Shown here: in pieces, positions 9,518 to 23,360 of the stretch | Numbering within the stretch: the stretch's first letter is position 1 | How the letters are laid out: each line of letters opens with the position of its first letter | Sequence record: PQ553088 | DNA from: Escherichia phage OES_C-1 | Strand: one strand, 5' to 3' | Length of the DNA stretch: 64,000 nt | Made by a program: the position numbers and the translations under genes | The notes under the pieces: generated by a model | Told to the model about the DNA's origin: nothing | The model's input: the letters and a program-made list of their open reading frames with translations, nothing else | The model's database searches: none

Positions 9518-9754
9518 TTATTTACCTATCACAGTTTTAATATGAGTTGTTCCACGTTCTTTAAGAGTGGAAAGCAATTTTTGGCATTTTTCTAAATCAG
9601 ATTTCCAACTATGCGGTCTATCAATACAAACCCAGTTTGACTTATAATACTTCTTCCATTTAGAGAAAAAATACTTCTTATACTCTACAGCAAATGAAAT
9701 ATTCTCGTTGGAATAAGAACTAATTGCTGTGAGCTTTACCAAACGAAATTTCAT
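9518..9754 (-). CDS. hypothetical protein (78 aa)
   Basis: ORF track. Confidence 0.45.
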   Translation of the reverse strand: MKFRLVKLTAISSYSNENISFAVEYKKYFFSKWKKYYKSNWVCIDRPHSWKSDLEKCQKLLSTLKERGTTHIKTVIGK

Positions 9755-10335
9755 TATTCACCACAGAATTCGTTGATATTTTCCCAATTTAACTTATTCA
9801 AGTTTTTCTTAGGAACATTAAACACTTCAATACCCGCATTTCGCAGAATATCATCCCAACCAGGTTTATTTTTATCGTATGTTTCGCAATAAACCAGCTT
9901 TTTAATTCCAGATTGAGCTATCGCTTTTGCACAATCCGGGCAAGGAGAAAGTGTTACATACATAGTAGCACCTTCAATTGAAGAACCGTTTCGTGCAGCA
10001 AACAAAATTGCATTTAGTTCAGCATGAATTTCATTTTTAGACGACCATTCAGAGTGAGCGCTACGGTGTTCTTTCGCCAAGACAAAACGATCAGTTGAAC
10101 CAAATGATACGCATTCAGGCTTATGACCTTGAATGATAGTATGTTTAGGCTTATTCAGCAACCAACCTTGCTCGGCAGCATAATCACAGCAATTCACACC
10201 ACCTGCCGGAGAACCGTTATATCCAGTAGAAATAATACGTCCATTCTTTTCAATTACTGCTCCTACCTTCCAGGAGCAACATTTTGATTCTTGTGATACT
10301 AAATATGCAATTTGAAGTACTGTACTCGCTTTCAT
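9754..10335 (-). CDS. cd: dCMP deaminase
   Basis: 193 aa; zinc-binding HAE...PCxxC deaminase motif. Confidence 0.9.
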   Translation of the reverse strand: MKASTVLQIAYLVSQESKCCSWKVGAVIEKNGRIISTGYNGSPAGGVNCCDYAAEQGWLLNKPKHTIIQGHKPECVSFGSTDRFVLAKEHRSAHSEWSSKNEIHAELNAILFAARNGSSIEGATMYVTLSPCPDCAKAIAQSGIKKLVYCETYDKNKPGWDDILRNAGIEVFNVPKKNLNKLNWENINEFCGE

Positions 10336-10670
10336 TTCATAATCACCAGATAAGCAGATTTAGCAGTTTCAACACGATAAATTTCATGACGAAGTTTAGT
10401 TATACTTTTAATAACAGAACTAATTATATTCTGCCCGTCTTTAAAGCGGTTTTTCTTATCAATAAAAATTGCACCAGCCATCTTTTTGTGAAGCTCAACT
10501 GGATACTTCGTCACAATAATAGCATCATACACAGAAGGATGAATACTGTTCACCAGAGTATCATTCATTAAAGTTATTCTAATGAACTGTGCTGTTTCAG
10601 AGTCAAGCGCTCTATGATCGCCAGTATCATTTTCAAGACAATTATCAATTATATCAGTTAAATTCATCAT
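10332..10670 (-). CDS. hypothetical protein (112 aa)
   Basis: ORF track. Confidence 0.45.
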   Translation of the reverse strand: MMNLTDIIDNCLENDTGDHRALDSETAQFIRITLMNDTLVNSIHPSVYDAIIVTKYPVELHKKMAGAIFIDKKNRFKDGQNIISSVIKSITKLRHEIYRVETAKSAYLVIMK

Positions 10671-10903
10671 AGTACGCCATACACCCTTTGTGCTTCAACT
10701 AATCCATCAAAATCCAATTTGAGATGTGTTATTTGGTCACCATCACCTGGATTCACAATTACTAATACTGAACGAGGAGTTTCGGTAATAACACGAACCG
10801 ATGTTTCAGGAAATCGTTCAGAAACCTTATTTACCAATTCCTGAGCAAATAGTTTAACTTTTTCTTGGAATTCTTTAACAGTAATTGGTTTTTCACTTAG
10901 CAT
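10667..10903 (-). CDS. hypothetical protein (78 aa)
   Basis: ORF track. Confidence 0.45.
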   Translation of the reverse strand: MLSEKPITVKEFQEKVKLFAQELVNKVSERFPETSVRVITETPRSVLVIVNPGDGDQITHLKLDFDGLVEAQRVYGVL

Positions 10904-11424
10904 GTTGATCCAAGCTCCTTACTTTCAACGTTTTTAACTAATTTGACAGAAACTAATTCAGCATCTTGAGTAATCATTACCGGACCTTCTTCATACTCTT
11001 CAAGATATTCTAGAGCTTTCTTTTTAGCTTCTTCCTTCGTATCAGTTTGAGCATAGATATAAAACATACAACCAGTAATACCTACTACTTTCCACTTAAT
11101 TTCTTTATCAGCTTTAATTTCAAATTTACTGACAGAATCATCTTTTTGAACTTCTTCGAAAAAAGAATATTCTAACATATAAGCAATTGAAAATAACGGG
11201 CTAACTTTATAGGATTCGCCCATTACATCAACAGCTTTATACCAGCAGTCATCAATTTCTCGTTTAATGCTAATAACATTTTTCGCAGGATCTATTTTTA
11301 CTTTAAATGAATTTTCCCCAATAAACTGGGCAATTCGTTTATTAGCCCCGCAAGTTTCATTAAAAATATCTTTATATCCAGCTTTAAAGCGATAAACCTT
11401 ATCTTCTTCAAACCATTCGCTCAT
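10897..11424 (-). CDS. hypothetical protein (175 aa)
   Basis: ORF track. Confidence 0.5.
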   Translation of the reverse strand: MSEWFEEDKVYRFKAGYKDIFNETCGANKRIAQFIGENSFKVKIDPAKNVISIKREIDDCWYKAVDVMGESYKVSPLFSIAYMLEYSFFEEVQKDDSVSKFEIKADKEIKWKVVGITGCMFYIYAQTDTKEEAKKKALEYLEEYEEGPVMITQDAELVSVKLVKNVESKELGSTC

Positions 11425-11487
11425 TTCAATTTCCTCATTTGTTTTTGGTAGAGCTATAATATCACAACTCTACCGTAAAGTAAACTA

Positions 11488-11763
11488 TTAAATTGCTTTG
11501 AATTCTGATGTCTGTGATTCAAAACGAATATCGCCTTTGATAACTAACTCAGCATCAAGACCGAATACGACAATGATATGCGCGGAACCTGGATACAGCG
11601 TAATTGCAATAGAATCCACTTGGTCTGGAAGCAAAGTGTTCAATACATGAGTCACTTGAGCATGAATTCGAAGCTCAGCTGCGTTATCAAGCTTTTCAAA
11701 CATATTATTAGCGATAATTTGGCTAAACACTACTTCTACGATTTTAGAATAAGTCGGAAACAT
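11488..11763 (-). CDS. hypothetical protein (91 aa)
   Basis: ORF track; early promoter-like element upstream. Confidence 0.45.
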   Translation of the reverse strand: MFPTYSKIVEVVFSQIIANNMFEKLDNAAELRIHAQVTHVLNTLLPDQVDSIAITLYPGSAHIIVVFGLDAELVIKGDIRFESQTSEFKAI

Positions 11764-11765
11764 AT

Positions 11766-11958
11766 TTACCTCACATAATTTTCTTCAAGCCAATCAATAA
11801 CATCCAACGCATTATCAAAAATTGAACCATCTACTTTGTCTTCTGTTTCATAATCAAGAACATCTAAGCCTACTCTTCCGTCAACAATAGGCCATAGACA
11901 AAATAGATATTTCTTTTCTTTTTCAATCTTATCGCAAAGACGATAAATCTTTTCTATG

Positions 11959-11966
<8 letters not shown>
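11766..11966 (-). CDS. hypothetical protein (66 aa)
   Basis: ORF track. Confidence 0.45.
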
Positions 11967-13377
<1,411 letters not shown>

Positions 13378-13381
<4 letters not shown>

Positions 13382-13608
13382 TTATTTTTCTCAACCAATG
13401 ATTGAATATAATCATGCAGGTCTTTAGATGCTTTACCCCACTTATTTTGGTATTCATTTTTAAGATTAGCACGTGATTGAGCTAATAAAACATCATTAGT
13501 TGGAGGTAAAGATTCTAATCGTTGAATCTGGCGTCCATAAATCATTGCAGCCATCTCGGATTCATAAATCAATCCTTTGAGATGTTCAAATTGATGCCAT
13601 GAAATCAT
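13378..13608 (-). CDS. hypothetical protein (76 aa)
   Basis: ORF track. Confidence 0.45.
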
Positions 13609-13904
13609 TTACATTTATCCTCTTTTAGCTCTTGACGATAATAACATATCATAGTTTTTTGGTCATGTACATATCGTTTTACATCATTAAGCCAAATACG
13701 AAATTCCTGGGAATCTTCAAATGGCATACCGACCCAAGCTTTACCATCAATAACTTTAACTTGCCAAGATAGTTTAGCTTCATCATATGACTTTATTTGT
13801 ACTGGCCAATTAGGATGAACTGTTTCTTTCTTTACTTCTAAAGGCTTTGTCGAACAACCAACTAGAAGACCAATAGATAATATTACTGCTGATAGTTTAA
13901 TCAT
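13605..13904 (-). CDS. outer-membrane spanin (o-spanin, Rz1-like lipoprotein)
   Basis: 99 aa; signal peptide with lipobox LLVGC; immediately downstream of and 4-nt overlapping the i-spanin-like ORF. Confidence 0.65.
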   Translation of the reverse strand: MIKLSAVILSIGLLVGCSTKPLEVKKETVHPNWPVQIKSYDEAKLSWQVKVIDGKAWVGMPFEDSQEFRIWLNDVKRYVHDQKTMICYYRQELKEDKCK

Positions 13905-14254
13905 TTAGAAAGGTCCTGGATGTCTTCTGCGAACTTGTTGAAGGAGTTGTTGATTTGTTTTTCAACCAATCCTGGCTTATGAGCCACCACATCCGCCTTC
14001 TTTGCGTCTTTGCGCAGTTTTTCATTTTCACGCTCAATAGCAGCAATTGCCTCACGATTTTTATTATTCATCGCATCAATATAATTATACTGAATTCGCA
14101 AATTATTTAATGCTAAAGCGTTTTCATTGGCCGTTTTTGTAATTTCTACAACAGACGTTTCTAATCTTTCAATTTTACTTTTTAAAATTAAAGAAGTTCC
14201 GCCCAATGCAATTACAATTAATAGCAAGCCTGCTGTCGTATTACTTAATTGCAT
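13901..14254 (-). CDS. inner-membrane spanin (i-spanin, Rz-like)
   Basis: 117 aa; N-terminal transmembrane segment followed by charged coiled-coil-like periplasmic region. Confidence 0.6.
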   Translation of the reverse strand: MQLSNTTAGLLLIVIALGGTSLILKSKIERLETSVVEITKTANENALALNNLRIQYNYIDAMNNKNREAIAAIERENEKLRKDAKKADVVAHKPGLVEKQINNSFNKFAEDIQDLSK

Positions 14255-14751
14255 AAAGTTTTAATAACCTCTATAATATCGTCTTGAGAAAGACCGTTAA
14301 TTAAAATATGATGTTCAGCCGGAGATTTAGAAATTTTAAAGCATGCCTCAACATCTTCTGCCATATCTGATGCGCTACGATTTGGATTGCTAATTCCAAG
14401 ACGATGTTTTCCCGTCAAAGGATTAACGATGATATAGCATTTACAGTTGTTAATATGAACATTAGGTTGAGTCTGATTAATGAACACATCACAATCATAT
14501 TTCGCAAGCTGATTTTCTAAAAAGACTTTCATCTCCTCAACCGCATCAGGAAGCATATCACGGGCTTGCTCAAGACGACGATTTCGATATTCTTTAATGG
14601 TCGTTTTCCGCTTGACTTGCTTAGCTAAATCTTTCTTAAGATCGGTGATATATCCAACTCGACGATTTCCTTTAAATACAGAAATCCCATCTGTAGTATC
14701 ACCATATGCTTCAACGACCATTTCAGTAGTAATAAGCTGCAAATCCATCAT
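14245..14751 (-). CDS. alc: Alc, inhibitor of host transcription elongation on cytosine DNA
   Basis: 167-168 aa; sequence and position (between spanins and rnlA) recognised. Confidence 0.75.
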   Translation of the reverse strand: MMDLQLITTEMVVEAYGDTTDGISVFKGNRRVGYITDLKKDLAKQVKRKTTIKEYRNRRLEQARDMLPDAVEEMKVFLENQLAKYDCDVFINQTQPNVHINNCKCYIIVNPLTGKHRLGISNPNRSASDMAEDVEACFKISKSPAEHHILINGLSQDDIIEVIKTLCN

Positions 14752-14812
14752 AAAGTCCTCATGTTATGTCAGTAAGACTACTGTAACACAACACGAGGGA
14801 CTTGTAAACAGC

Positions 14813-16400
<1,588 letters not shown>

Positions 16401-16427
16401 AATAAAATGGGCCTTGCGGCCCACTCC

Positions 16428-17606
16428 TTAAAAATATTTTTTAAAACTCATCATAACTTTATCATCAACATCATTATCAATCTGTGCTACAAGGTAAGAT
16501 GACAGTTCTACTTCTTGTGGCGCGGATTGAACATTATCAGAATTAAGGTATTCACGAATCCAAGGATATGGATGTTTAACCGGAGCATCGGTAATTGGGC
16601 ATGGAAGACCGCACTGTTTCATACGAGATACAGTTAAGTAATCAATAAAGCTCCACATGCTATTTGTATTTAATCCAGGAACATCGCCATCTTTAAATAA
16701 ATGAACTGCCCAGTCTTTTTCTTGACGGTTAACTTCCATGAAAATATCAACTGCTTCTTGTTCACACTCTTGAGCAATTTTAACCCATTCATCGCCATCA
16801 GTACCGGATTGAAGTTGACGAATAATATATTGGGTGCCTTTAAGGTGAAGCTGCTCATCACGTGCAATGAACTTCATAATCTTGGCATTACCTTCCATGA
16901 TTTCCATGTTCTTATGGAAGTTAAAGGTACATGCAAAAGATACATAAAAACGAATAGCTTCTAAGGCATTAATAACGTGCAAACAGAGGTAAAGAGATTT
17001 CATTAGTGCTCGTTTAGCTTCGGCTTCTTGTTTAATAGCTCGATTTAAACGAAAAACAGCATCAGGAGATTCTTTAGCTAGTTCTGTAAATTCTTTAGCA
17101 TTTTCCCATTCACGGGTTTTAGTCAGAACATCATCATAATAGCGACCGATAGATTCAGCACGTTTCATGATAGCTTCATCTAGTACAATCTCATCAAATA
17201 CCTTCGATGGATCAGTATAAAGATTTCGCATGATATGAGTATATGAACGACTGTGAATAGTTTCACTAAAAGTCCATGTAGCAACCCATGTATCAAGACT
17301 TGGGTCTGAAATTAATGACATAAGTACAGCAGATGGCGCACGACCCTGAATGCTATCTAGAAGTGATTGATACTTCAGATTATTAGTAAAAATATCTTGC
17401 TGATATTGAGGAAGCTTGTTAAATTGTGCAGCATCCATCATTAAGTTTACTTCTTCAGGACGCCAGAAAAATGACAACTGCTTTTCGGTTAAATCTTCAA
17501 AAACTTTATGACGTTGAATATCATAACGCGCAATACCAAGACCTGAACCGAAGAACATAGGTTCTTTTAAAACATCAACTGGATTTGTATTAAAAACTGT
17601 GCTCAT
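16428..17606 (-). CDS. nrdB: aerobic ribonucleotide reductase small subunit, uninterrupted
   Basis: 392-aa continuous ORF with iron-ligand E..H motifs (SETIHSRSY, RDEQLHL); no intron. Confidence 0.9.
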   Translation of the reverse strand: MSTVFNTNPVDVLKEPMFFGSGLGIARYDIQRHKVFEDLTEKQLSFFWRPEEVNLMMDAAQFNKLPQYQQDIFTNNLKYQSLLDSIQGRAPSAVLMSLISDPSLDTWVATWTFSETIHSRSYTHIMRNLYTDPSKVFDEIVLDEAIMKRAESIGRYYDDVLTKTREWENAKEFTELAKESPDAVFRLNRAIKQEAEAKRALMKSLYLCLHVINALEAIRFYVSFACTFNFHKNMEIMEGNAKIMKFIARDEQLHLKGTQYIIRQLQSGTDGDEWVKIAQECEQEAVDIFMEVNRQEKDWAVHLFKDGDVPGLNTNSMWSFIDYLTVSRMKQCGLPCPITDAPVKHPYPWIREYLNSDNVQSAPQEVELSSYLVAQIDNDVDDKVMMSFKKYF

Positions 17607-17657
17607 AAATTTTCCGCTTAGTTAATAGATAGTGACTCGTCCGTGAGTCAAATTATA

Positions 17658-19922
17658 TCATAATTTACAGGATGAACAATCTTCAGCTTTTGGAGTTTCT
17701 ATTTCGTAATCATCAGTACCGGAACCATCACGAGTATTATGATAATAGAAGTTTTTAATGCCATAATACCATCCGTATAGCATGTCATCAATCATTACAG
17801 ACATTGGAACCTTTCCTTTTGGAAAAATCTGCGGGTCATAATATGTATTCGCTGAAGCTGATTGACATACCCATTTCAGCATAATAGCTACCTGCGTAAG
17901 ATAAGGTTTATTGCCTTTCTTAGCTAATTTCCATGTATAATCATAGAGGTCTATGTTATGCTCAATATTGGGCACGACTTGATTAAAGGAACCCTCTTTT
18001 GATTCTTTAACAGAGACTGGTCCACGTGGAGGCTCGATACCGTTTGTACTGTTAGAAACTTGGGAAGATGACTCACATGGCATAAGTGCTGATAATGTGC
18101 TATTACGGATGCCAAAGAGCTTAAGGTCTTCCCGCAGCGACGACCAGTCACAAACGTATTTTGGAGCTGCGATTTGGTCAATCTTTTTATTGTACCAGTC
18201 GATAGGTAATTCGCCTCGAGACCAACGAGTGTCTGAATAATATTCGCAAGGTCCTTTTTCTTTGGCGAGCTTAATGGATGCTTTAATGAGTCCATACTGT
18301 AGTCTCTCAAATAGTTCATGTGTTAAATCGTTAGCATCTTCATAAGAAGCAAAGTTACTTGCCAGCCAAGCTGCATAGTTAGTAACACCTACGCCAAGGT
18401 TTCGACGCTTTTTAGCTTTTTCTGCTTCAGGAACTGGATATCCTTGGTAATCCAAAAGATTATCAAGAGCGCGAACTTGGACTTCTGCCAATTCATTAAT
18501 TTTATCTTGGTCTTGCCAATCGAAGTTATCCAACACAAATGCAGATAACGTACACAATCCAATTTCAGCATCAGGACTATTCACATCATTTGTTGGAATA
18601 GCAATTTCACAGCACAAGTTACTCTGACGAATAGGTGCCTTTTCACGAATAAACGGAGTATAGTTATTCGTATTATCAATGAACTGTACATAAATCCTTG
18701 CTGTTCCTGAGCGTTCAGTCATGAGCAATTCAAATAATTCACGAGCTTTAATACGCTTTTTACGAATATTAGGATCTTTTTCTGCTGCTTCGTATAATTC
18801 ACGGAAACGGTCTTGGTCTTTAAAATAAGAATAATAAAGCTCGCCACCCATTTCATGCGGACTGAACAAAGTAATGTAGTCGTTCTTTCCAAACCGTTCC
18901 ATCATCAAATCATTCAGCTGGACGCCATAATCCATATGACGGATACGGTTTTCTTCTACACCTTTGTTATTTTTCAAAACGAGAAGATTTTCAACTTCCA
19001 AATGCCAAATAGGATAATAAGCAGTAGCAGCGCCGCCACGAATTCCGCCCTGTGAACATGATTTAACAGCAGTCTGAAAATGTTTCCAAAAAGGAATAAC
19101 ACCAGTATGACGCACTTCACCTGTGCCAATCTTAGAACCTTCGGCACGAATCATACCAACGTTAATGCCGATTCCAGCTCGTTTAGAAATATACTCAACA
19201 ATTGAAGCAGAAGCCTTATTGATAGACTTCAGCGAATCACCTGCTTCAATAACAACGCATGAACTAAACTGTCGAGTTGGAGTACGACATCCAGCCATAA
19301 TAGGAGTTGGCAGTGAAATCTGTCGAGTAGATACTGCTTCATAAAAACGAATAACATGTTTTAATCTGTCAACAGGTTCATCTTGATGCAATGCCATTCC
19401 AATAGTCATAAATGCAAACTGTGGAGTTTCATAAATTTGACCAGTGGTTTTATCTTTAACGAGATATTTTTCTTTTAATTGCATCGCTCCGGAATAAGTA
19501 AATTCCATATCCCGCTCATGCTTAATTTTTGATTCTAAAAATGTAATTTCTTCTGCTGAATATTTTGACAACAGTTCAGGGTCGTATTTACCTTCATTTA
19601 CACAGTAAGAAATATGGTCAATAAATGAACGGGGCTCATATTGTCCGTAAACATGCTTACGAAGAGCAAACATTAAACAGCGTGCAGCTACGTATTGATA
19701 ATCAGGCTCTTCAACTGAAATAGAATTTGCAGCAGCCTTAATTACAATGGTTTGAATATCATCAGTGGTCATTCCATCACGGAGATATGATTTAATATTT
19801 TCATATAATTCATAAGGATCTACGGATGTTCCTTCAGCTGCCCAAGATAAAACTTTAATAATTTTTTGCGGGTCAAAGCTCTGAGAAACACCACTACTTT
19901 TGATAACATTAATTAATTGCAT
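17658..19922 (-). CDS. nrdA: aerobic ribonucleotide reductase large subunit
   Basis: 754 aa; sequence recognised. Confidence 0.95.
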   Translation of the reverse strand: MQLINVIKSSGVSQSFDPQKIIKVLSWAAEGTSVDPYELYENIKSYLRDGMTTDDIQTIVIKAAANSISVEEPDYQYVAARCLMFALRKHVYGQYEPRSFIDHISYCVNEGKYDPELLSKYSAEEITFLESKIKHERDMEFTYSGAMQLKEKYLVKDKTTGQIYETPQFAFMTIGMALHQDEPVDRLKHVIRFYEAVSTRQISLPTPIMAGCRTPTRQFSSCVVIEAGDSLKSINKASASIVEYISKRAGIGINVGMIRAEGSKIGTGEVRHTGVIPFWKHFQTAVKSCSQGGIRGGAATAYYPIWHLEVENLLVLKNNKGVEENRIRHMDYGVQLNDLMMERFGKNDYITLFSPHEMGGELYYSYFKDQDRFRELYEAAEKDPNIRKKRIKARELFELLMTERSGTARIYVQFIDNTNNYTPFIREKAPIRQSNLCCEIAIPTNDVNSPDAEIGLCTLSAFVLDNFDWQDQDKINELAEVQVRALDNLLDYQGYPVPEAEKAKKRRNLGVGVTNYAAWLASNFASYEDANDLTHELFERLQYGLIKASIKLAKEKGPCEYYSDTRWSRGELPIDWYNKKIDQIAAPKYVCDWSSLREDLKLFGIRNSTLSALMPCESSSQVSNSTNGIEPPRGPVSVKESKEGSFNQVVPNIEHNIDLYDYTWKLAKKGNKPYLTQVAIMLKWVCQSASANTYYDPQIFPKGKVPMSVMIDDMLYGWYYGIKNFYYHNTRDGSGTDDYEIETPKAEDCSSCKL

Positions 19923-20239
19923 AAGTCCTCAACTTGAAAATCGTCTTTAAACAATCGGTTAACTATATGAGCTATTATATCACCATGACACGGCTTTGGT
20001 TTACATGTGCATCCTAGCCTCATTCCACGTAAAGGCTCTAAATGTGCTTTAGTTATTTCTCCGGATTTAATTCGACGTATAAAATCTTTTTTGAATAATT
20101 CAATGGCAGCCTCCCGGCTGCCAGCATCTTTACCGACGTAATTTCCCCAAAATGTACCACGGTGAATATTAACATCAAAGTCGGATTTATATTTATTCAC
20201 TACCTGGCATAGACGGCCCGCGCGGTGATAATTCGTCAT
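19913..20239 (-). CDS. hypothetical protein (108 aa; nrdA.1-like position)
   Basis: ORF track. Confidence 0.5.
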   Translation of the reverse strand: MTNYHRAGRLCQVVNKYKSDFDVNIHRGTFWGNYVGKDAGSREAAIELFKKDFIRRIKSGEITKAHLEPLRGMRLGCTCKPKPCHGDIIAHIVNRLFKDDFQVEDLCN

Positions 20240-20456
20240 ATTGTTTTTCCGTTAAAACAGTAATATCATAGTAACAATCAGAAGAAGTTTTAACTGTAGA
20301 AATTTTATTATCAAAATACTCACGAGTCATTTTATGAGTATAATATTTTTTGCCATAAATGACAATAGGTTGATTTGGTCCTGGAACTTCTAACTCGCTT
20401 GGGTTAGGAAGTGTAAAAAGAACTACACCAGAAGTATCTTTAAATCGTAAAATCAT
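20193..20456 (-). CDS. hypothetical protein (87 aa; nrdA.2-like position)
   Basis: ORF track. Confidence 0.45.
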   Translation of the reverse strand: MILRFKDTSGVVLFTLPNPSELEVPGPNQPIVIYGKKYYTHKMTREYFDNKISTVKTSSDCYYDITVLTEKQYDELSPRGPSMPGSE

Positions 20457-20479
20457 ATATCCTCACAATTAATAATTAA

Positions 20480-20791
20480 TTACACCGCCATTTTTCCTTT
20501 AATAGGAGGGTGTGATTCGTAACCTTTAAGAACGAAATCTTTAGGCCTGAGTTTAAGAACATATTCCAATTGTTCTTTAGTAGAAAGATAGCGGAATTTA
20601 TAAGGCAATCCGCCTATTACCAGTTCACAAAGCTCTTTAGGTTCACGACGCAAAATTTCTTTACATTGTTCTACGTGATTCATATAGATATGAGTATTAC
20701 CGCCAGAAAATATCAAATCTCCAGGAATAAGATTACACATCTTAGCTACAATATGAACTAACGCAGCATATGATGCAATATTAAATGGAAG
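20480..20791 (-). CDS. td: thymidylate synthase, exon 2
   Basis: Exon begins CTTCCATTTAAT (LPFNIASYA...) directly after the intron-terminal G of ...AACATAATG; the track's initiating Met is the last intron triplet. Confidence 0.9.
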   Translation of the reverse strand, partial: LPFNIASYAALVHIVAKMCNLIPGDLIFSGGNTHIYMNHVEQCKEILRREPKELCELVIGGLPYKFRYLSTKEQLEYVLKLRPKDFVLKGYESHPPIKGKMAV

Positions 20792-21807
20792 CATTATGTT
20801 CAGATAAGGTCGTTAATCTTACCCCGGAATTATATCCAGCTGCATGTCACCATGCAGATCAGACTATATCTCCAACTTGTTAAAGCAAGTTGTCTATCGT
20901 TTCGAGTCACTTGACCCTACTCCCCAAAGGGATAGTCGTTAGGCATTTATGTAGAACCAATTCCATTTATCAGATTTTACACGATAAGTAACTAATCCAG
21001 ACGAAATTTTAAAATGTCTAGCTGCATCTGCTGCACAATCAAAAATAACCCCATCACATGAAATCTTTTTAATATTACTAGGCTTTTTACCTTTCATCTT
21101 TTCTGATATTTTAGATTTAGTTATGTCTGAATGCTTATGATTAAAGAATGAATTATTTTCACCTGAACGATTTCTGCATTTACTACAAGTATAAGCAGAA
21201 GTTTGTATGCGAACACCGCACTTACAAAACTTATGGGTTTCTGGATTCCAACGCCCGTTTTTACTTCCGGGTTTACTGTAAAGAGCTTTCCGACCATCAG
21301 GTCCAAGTTTAAGCATCTTAGCTTTAACAGTTTCAGAACGTTTCTTAATAATTTCTTCTTTTAATGGATGCGTAGAACATGTATCACCAAACGTTGCATC
21401 AGCAATATTGTATCCATTAATTTTAGAATTAAGCTCTTTAATCCAAAAATTTTCTCGTTCAATAATCAAATCTTTCTCATATGGAATTTCTTCCAAAATA
21501 GAACATTCAAACACATTACCATGTTTGTTAAAAGACCTCTGAAGCTTTATAGAAGAATGGCATCCTTTTTCTAAATCTTTAAAATGCCTCTTCCATCTCT
21601 TTTCAAAATCTTTAGCACTTCCTACATATACTTTATTGTTTAAAGTATTTTTAATCTGATAAATTCCGCTTTTCATAAATACCTCTTTAAATATAGAAGT
21701 ATTTATTAAAGGGCAGTCCTACAATTTAGCACGGGATTGTCTACTAGAGAGGTTCCCCGTTTAGATAGATTACAAGTATAAGTCACCTTATACTCAGGCC
21801 TCAATTA
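20792..21807 (-). mobile_element. td group I self-splicing intron (1016 nt)
   Basis: 5' end TAATTGAGGCCTGAGTATAAGGTGACTTATAC... directly after exon 1 ...TTGGGT; 3' end ...TCTGAACATAATG; contains the I-TevI ORF. Confidence 0.9.
20939..21676 (-). CDS. I-TevI: I-TevI GIY-YIG homing endonuclease (intron-encoded)
   Basis: 245 aa; N-terminal GIYQIKN...KVYVGS GIY-YIG motif; located in the intron. Confidence 0.9.
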   Translation of the reverse strand: MKSGIYQIKNTLNNKVYVGSAKDFEKRWKRHFKDLEKGCHSSIKLQRSFNKHGNVFECSILEEIPYEKDLIIERENFWIKELNSKINGYNIADATFGDTCSTHPLKEEIIKKRSETVKAKMLKLGPDGRKALYSKPGSKNGRWNPETHKFCKCGVRIQTSAYTCSKCRNRSGENNSFFNHKHSDITKSKISEKMKGKKPSNIKKISCDGVIFDCAADAARHFKISSGLVTYRVKSDKWNWFYINA

Positions 21808-22356
21808 ACCCAAGAAAACATCTACTGATCGTTGATACCACTGCAAATCCAAATAGCCATTACGCACATTAAACTGATAGAACATATGACAAGGTGGTAA
21901 TGCCATTTGCTTGAGTTCAGCTGGATTCCATGCTGAAACAACTTGACGTCTATCATTTGGCTGTTTTTTAATACGATCAATAACTTCTACAATTTGGTCT
22001 ACACCGCCAAAATCACGCCATTGTTTTCCATAAATTGGACCAAGTTCACCACTATGATATCCTAAATCTTTTGCTTGATTTTCGTAATTTTCATCCCAGA
22101 CTGTTTTGCCTTGAATTAATGAATCGTGTTGAATTAATCGTAAATCATTGACATTTGTGCTTCCTGATAAAAACCAAAGTAGCTCAGCAATGCAAGCTTT
22201 CCAGGCGAGCTTCTTAGTTGTTACTGCAGGAAAACCTTTACTTAAATCCCAGCGTAATTTAGTACCGAACAAAGCAATTGTTCCTGTGCCTGTTCGGTCA
22301 TCAGTTTCATAGCCATTTTCAAAAATGTCTTTAATTAAATCTTGGTATTGTTTCAT
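21808..22356 (-). CDS. td: thymidylate synthase, exon 1
   Basis: 183 codons MKQYQDLIKD...DVFLG; the track's stop codon TAA is the first intron triplet. Confidence 0.9.
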
Positions 22357-22401
22357 TTAGTACCTTATATAAATTATAATACATTTTATGAAGCTAAATA
22401 A

Positions 22402-22749
22402 TCAATACGGTTTAGCGTCAAATTTTCTTTCAATTTCAGGCGTGAAATATAATTCTTTACCACGTTTGGAAAAGCGACCAATAATATGATAATTATTCTC
22501 ATCAAACGTGATATTGCCAATATCCATAGCTTTCAACCAAATATCGATATTTCTGTCAAGCTTTATATCAAAATTCCAATACGGAGAACTATTACCGAAA
22601 ATACTGCAAGCGGATTCAGTGAAACAACTACTATAAATCTTGTCTTTAGGAACTACTAATTGATAGACGCCTTTAATAAACTGAGGACCTTTCCATTTTG
22701 GCTGTTTCGCGTCTTTTTCTAATAGAATAGGGTAATAATTAAAGCTCAT
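22402..22749 (-). CDS. hypothetical protein (115 aa from ATG; 119 aa from GTG) inserted between frd and td
   Basis: ORF track 22402..22761; ATG at 22749 lies 20 nt after the frd stop; no recognisable motif. Confidence 0.45.
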   Translation of the reverse strand: MSFNYYPILLEKDAKQPKWKGPQFIKGVYQLVVPKDKIYSSCFTESACSIFGNSSPYWNFDIKLDRNIDIWLKAMDIGNITFDENNYHIIGRFSKRGKELYFTPEIERKFDAKPY

Positions 22750-22769
22750 ATTTTCCGCCACGTGTTATT

Positions 22770-23360
<591 letters not shown>

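Noticed and set aside
16428-17606. Search for the T4 nrdB intron and I-TevIII ORF
   Set aside because: nrdB reads as one continuous frame; no intron-like insert or endonuclease ORF.
17951-18319. 122-aa same-strand ORF nested within nrdA
   Set aside because: Alternative frame inside a conserved enzyme gene; no start signals.
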